A stretch of DNA of 64,000 bases from positions 12,288,001 through 12,352,000 of the forward strand of contig CP086569.2 of the NCBI GenBank assembly GCA_009914755.4, given 5' to 3'. Under the pieces are notes generated by a model, which was given only the letters and a program-made list of their open reading frames with translations, did no database searches and was not told the DNA's origin. Below, piece after piece: positions 58,949 to 64,000 of this stretch. Within the stretch, counting starts at the first letter, position 1, and each line of letters opens with the position of its first letter. The position numbers and the translations under genes are program-made. This DNA comes from the human T2T-CHM13v2.0 reference genome, Homo sapiens.

Positions 58949-60526
58949 GTGACATGTAATGGAATCGAAAGGAATGGAATCGAATGAAATGGAATTGAAT
59001 GGAATAGAAAGGAATAGAATGGAATGGAGTTTAATGGAAAGATATTAAAAGTAATGGAATGGAATTGAGTGGACACGAATGGAATGGACTGGAATGGAAA
59101 GGACTCGAATGAAATGGAGCGCATTAGAATGGACTCGAATGGAATGGATTGGAGTGGAATGGTCTCGAATGGATTGGAAACGAATGGAATGGAAAGGAGT
59201 AGAATGGAATGTAATCAAATGGAACGAAATGGAATGGAATGGATTCGACTGGAACAGAATTGAATGGAGTGGAATTGATTGGAATGGAATGCAATCGAAT
59301 GGAATGAACACGAATGGAATAGAATGAAATGAAGTGGCATAGAATGGAATGGAATGGAATGGAATGGAATGGAATGGAATGGAATGGAATGGAATGGCAT
59401 GGCATGGAATGTGATGGAATGGAATGAAATTGATTGGAATGGGATGGGCCCAAAAGTAAAGGACTCAAATAAAAGGGACTCAAATAGAATGAATTGGAAA
59501 GAAACGGTCTCGAATGTAATTCATTCGAATGGAATGATATTGAATGGAATGCAATAGTATGGAATGGTATCGAATAGAATGGAATAGAATGGAATGGAAT
59601 GGAACGGAATGGAGTGCATTTGAACGGACTCAAATGCAATAAATTGCAATATAATTGATTCAAATGGAATGGAATCGAATACAATGTAAACAAACGGAAT
59701 GGAAGGCAATGCAATGGCAAGGAATCGAATGAAATGGAATAAATGGAATGGAATCGAATGGAAAGGACGCGAATATAATGGACTGTTAAGGAAAGGACTC
59801 GAATCGAATTTATTCCAATAGAATGGAATCGAAAGGAATGCAATACTATAGAATCGAATCGAATGGAATGGAATTCAATGGAATGGACAGGAATGGAATG
59901 AACTGGAAGTGAATGGACAAGAACGTAATATATTGCAATGTAATGTATTCAAATGGAATGGAATGCAATCGAATGGAATTGACTCGATTGGAATGGACTG
60001 GAGTGGAATGGACTCAAATGGAATGTATTCGAATGTAATGGACCTGAAAGGAATGGAATCCAATGGAATGGAATTGAATGGAATCAAAAGGAATAGAATG
60101 GAATAGAGTGTCATTGAATGATATCGAATGGAAGGGAATGGAATGAAATCGAATGGAATGCACTGGAATGGAATGGACTCGATCAGAACGGACTGTAGCG
60201 GCATGTACACAAATGAAATGGAAACGAATGGAATGGAATGAAATGGAATGAAATGGAATTGAAAGGAACGGAATGGAATGGAATGGAATGGAATGGATTG
60301 GAATAAAATGGATTCAAATAAAATAGAATCGATTGGAATGGTATTGAATGGAGGGGAATTGAATGGAATGGAAAGCAATGGAAGATATTGGAATCGAATG
60401 GCATCGAATGAAATGGAATGGAACGGAATGGAACGGACCCGAATGGAATGGAATGGACTCAAATGTAATGGACTCGAAAGGAATCGAATGAAATATAATA
60501 GACTCGAAAAGAATGGCCTCCAGCGG

Positions 60527-63500
60527 AATTTATTTGAATAGAATGGAGTGAAATGGAATACAATAGTATTGAATGGAATAGAATGGAATGGAATCGAATG
60601 GAATGTAATCAAATGGAATGGAACGGAATTCAATATAATGGAATAGAATGGAATGCATTGGAAAGGAGCAGAGTGGAATCGAGTGGAATGGAATCGAAAG
60701 GAATGGAATCAAAGGGAAAGAAATGGAATTGAATGGACTTGAATGGAATTGAGTCGAAAGGAATTGACTCGAAAGGAATGGACTGGAACAAAAAGGAATC
60801 AAATGGACAGGAATGGAATGGAATGGAATGGAATGGACTGGAATAGAATGGAGTCAAATGCAAACGCATCGAATGGAATGGATTGAAATGGAATTCAATT
60901 GAATGGAATAGAAAGGAAGAGAATGGAATTGAGAGTAATGGAAAGATATGGATTGGAATGAAATGGAATGGAAAGGAATTGAATGTTAAGGAATGGACTC
61001 GGAAGAAATGGATTGGAATTTAATGGTCTCCAATGGAATGGACTGGAGTGGAACGGAATCGAATGGAATGAAAAGAATGGAACGGAATGGAACGGAAAGG
61101 AATAGAATGTTATGGAATCCGATTGGACCGAATGGAATGGAATGGAGTTTCATGAAATGGAGTCGAATAGAGTGGCATCAAAAGGAATGTAATGGAACGG
61201 AGTGGACTCCAAAGGAATGGACTCGAAAGGAATGGAGACGAACCAAATTGAATCCAATGGATTGGAGTCGAACAGAATGGAATGGAATGGAATGAACTCG
61301 ACTGGAGTGGAGAGGAATGTAAAGGAATAGAATGGAATGTAATCAAATGGATTGCAACTGAATGGAATCAAAAATAATAGAAAGGAATGGAGTGTAAAGG
61401 GATGATATTGAATATAATGGAATGGAATGGAATTCAATGGAATGGAGTCGAAGGAATGGAAAGGAATGTAATGGACTCCAATGGAATGGAATGGATGAAA
61501 ATGGATTTGAACAGATTGGAATCGAACGGAATGGAATGCAATGGAATGGAATGGATTCGAATGGAGAAGAGACAAATGGAATGGAAACGAATTCAATGGA
61601 ATTGAAAAGAATAGAATGGAATGGCGTGTAATGGTAAGATACTAAATGGAATGGAATGGAATGGAATGGAATGGATTGGAATGGACCCAAATGTAATGCC
61701 CTTGAATGGAATATACTCAAATAGAATGGAATCGAAAGGAAAGGTCTCAAATGGAATTTATTCAATACAATGGAATCGAATGGAATGCAATAGAATGGAA
61801 TGGAATCGAATGTAATGGAATCAAATAGAATGGACCAGAATGGAATGGACTGCCATAGAAGGGACTGCAGTGTAATGGATTGAATTCTAATTCATTCAAA
61901 TGGAATGGAATTGAATGGAATGGAATCCAATGGAATGGATAGGATTGTACTGGATTGGAATAGCATGGAATGCAACGGAGTGGAATGGAGTTGAATGAAG
62001 TGGAATGGAATCGATTGGAATGGAATCAAATGGAATGGACGGGAATGGAATGGACTGGAAGAGAACAGACTCGAATATAATGGATTGCAATGTAATTGAT
62101 TCAAATGGAATGGAATCGAATGGAATGTAATAAAATTGAAGGGATTGGAGTTCAATGCAAAGGAAAAGAATGGAATGCCAAGGAATGGAAATGAATGGAG
62201 TGAAATCGAGTGTAATGGAATCGAATGGAATGAAATCGAATGGAATGGACTCAAAAGAAATGGACGAGGGACAAAACTGAATCGAACTGATTGGAATGGA
62301 ACGGAACGGAATGGAATGGAATGGTCTCCATTGGATCGGAGTAGAACGGATTGGAATGGAATGGAATGAAATGGAATGGAAAGGAATAGAATGGAATGGA
62401 ATGGAATGGAATGGAAGGTAATGGAAAGATAACGAACGGATTGGAAAGGAATGCAATGGACCCTAATGGAATGGAATGGAATTCAACAGAAACCAATGGA
62501 ATGGACTGGAGTGAAATGGAGTCGAATGTAATTGACTGGAGTGGAATGGACTCGAAAGGAATGGACTCGAATAGAATGGACTGGAATGGATTGTGTTCGA
62601 ATGGAGTGGAAAGGAATAAAATGGATTCCACCAGATTGGAATGGAACAGAATGGAATGGAATGGAATGGAATGCAATGGAACGGCTTGACTGGAATGGAG
62701 TCGAATGCAATGGAATAGAAAGGAAAGGAATTGAATGGAATTGAAAGTAATAGATTTAAATGGAGTGCAAAGGAAAGATGTCGAATGGAATGGATCGAAA
62801 AGAAATAGAATGGAATGGACAGGAATGGAATGGAATAGAATGGAATAGACTGGCGTGCAATGAAAACGAATGGAATGGAATGGAAAGGAATGGAGTAGAA
62901 TAAATACTATGGAATGGAATGGAATGGAATGGAATGGAATGGAATGGAATGGAATGGAGGCGAAAGGAAAAGAATGGATTGGAATGTCACCGAATGGAAA
63001 GATAAGGAATGGAAAGGAGTGGATACGAATGGAATGGAATAGAAAGGAACGGAAAGGTAAAGAATGGAATGGAATCGGATAGAATGGAATGCAATGTAAT
63101 GGAGTCGAATGGAAAATAATCGAGTAGAATGATATTGAATGGAATGGAATTTAATGGAATGGAATGGAATGGAATGGACTCGAATGGAATGTACTCAAAT
63201 GGATTAGAATAGAATGGAATGGAACTAAACGTAATGAACTCGAATGGAATGGACACAAATAGAATGGAAGAGAAAGGAATGGTATTGAATGGAATTTATT
63301 CGAATAGAATGTAATTCAATGGAATGCAACAGTGTGGCATGGAATCAAATGGAATGGAATCGAATGGAATGGACCCGAGTGGAATGGACTCACATAGAAC
63401 AGCCTGGAATGTAATGGATGACAGTGTATTAGATTCGAAAGGACTGAAATCGAATGGAATGTAATCAAATAGAACGGAATTGAATGCATGGAATGGCATA

Positions 63501-64000
63501 GAAAGAAATGCAATGGAATGGAATAGACTGGAATGGAATGGAATCGGATGGAATGTAATGAAATGTAATGGAAGGAATGCCATGGAATGGAATGGAATGG
63601 AATGCAATGGCCCGGTGTATAATGGAGTGCAATGGAATTCAGTGGAATGTAGTCAACAGGAATGAAATAGAATGGAATTCAATATAAGGGAATGGCATCC
63701 AATGGCAGGGAATGGCATCCAATGGCAAGGAATGGAGTGGACTCCAATGGAAACAACATGAAAGGAATATAATATAATGGAATGGCATTGAACGATATGG
63801 AATGCAATGGAGTTAAAAGGTAAGATATCAAATGGAAAAGAATTGAATGGACTCGAATGGAATATAACGGAATGGAATGGACTCGAATGGAATGTACTAG
63901 AGTTGAATGGAATGGAATGGAATGGAAAACAATGGAAAGGAAAGGAAGGGAATTGAAAGGAAAGGAATAGAATGGAATGGAATCGGATAGAACGGAATTG
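60527..64000 (+). repeat. Partial L-type HOR copy L6 (first ~3.47 kb; the window ends before its X block)
   Basis: Colinear with L4/L5 from the landmark onward (e.g. ORF 60993..61295 identical to 45932..46234). Confidence 0.75.

Larger units (their letters stand above)
52991..60526 (+). repeat. L-type HOR copy L5 (7536 bp)
   Basis: Landmark CCTCCAGCGG at 52991 and 60527. Near-identity to L4 over the full length, judged from repeated identical ORF translations. Confidence 0.8.
1..64000 (+). repeat. Pentameric (GGAAT)n satellite array, HSat3-like, single orientation across the whole window (GGAAT-rich strand is +)
   Basis: Seen directly: GGAAT and one-base variants (CGAAT, TGAAT, CAAAT, GGAAA, GGAGT, GGACT) are tiled head-to-tail throughout. 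The + strand is almost entirely G/A/T with very little C. All + strand ORFs translate to MEWNG-like periodic peptides and all - strand ORFs to IPFHS-like peptides, so orientation never flips. Degenerate GGACCCGA(A/G)T-type motifs recur and resemble the HSat3 CAACCCGA(A/G)T decamer. No HSat2-like ~23-26 bp periodicity dominates. Confidence 0.9.

Noticed and set aside
1-64000. CRISPR-like array (many short direct repeats)
   Set aside because: Repeats are contiguous pentamers without unique spacers of defined length, and no cas-like coding sequence is present. This is eukaryotic satellite DNA.
1-64000. Assignment to HSat2 or to the Y-chromosome DYZ1 HSat3 array
   Set aside because: HSat2's ~23-26-bp CATTCGATTCCATTCGATGAT-type unit is not the dominant period here. 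The DYZ1 unit is ~3.56 kb, whereas the observed HOR periods are ~5.55 and ~7.5 kb. The locus cannot be assigned from sequence alone, so I leave it unassigned.
1-64000. Canonical heat-shock elements (nGAAnnTTCn) as regulatory sites
   Set aside because: (GGAAT)n provides only head-to-tail nGAAn units; inverted TTC partners are essentially absent because the + strand has almost no C. Any HSF1 relevance rests on published HSat3 biology, not on recognisable canonical HSEs in this sequence.

Overview
The whole 64-kb window is one block of tandemly repeated pentameric satellite DNA. It is (GGAAT)n on the + strand and (ATTCC)n on the - strand, consistent with primate/human Satellite III (HSat3)-type sequence. 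I found no genes, RNA genes, CRISPR arrays or transposon insertions.

Every ORF in the six-frame track is a translation artefact of the pentamer. The + frames read MEWNG-type 15-bp/5-aa periodic peptides. The - frames read IPFHS-type peptides and run long because (ATTCC)n has few stop codons.

The real structure is a higher-order repeat (HOR) organisation:
- A partial copy at 1-490 is followed by four complete copies of a ~5.55-kb HOR ('S-type', 491-22709).
- At ~23.4 kb the array switches to a related 'L-type' HOR of 7.53-7.66 kb. There are five full L copies and one partial copy (22710-64000).
- S and L are related by eye-estimated few-percent substitution divergence, and by a ~2.0-2.1-kb block ('X') present once per L copy and absent from S copies. 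X is bounded by a ~26-bp direct repeat.
- The last three L copies are nearly identical. They share two derived variants: loss of a per-copy XhoI site (CTCGAG to CTCCAG) and a ~115-bp deletion. This indicates recent local homogenisation or amplification.
- Pure (GGAAT)n tracts at homologous positions vary in length between copies.

The most interesting content is therefore an HOR-subfamily junction and structural polymorphism inside a satellite array, not a coding system. Chromosome assignment cannot be made from sequence alone.
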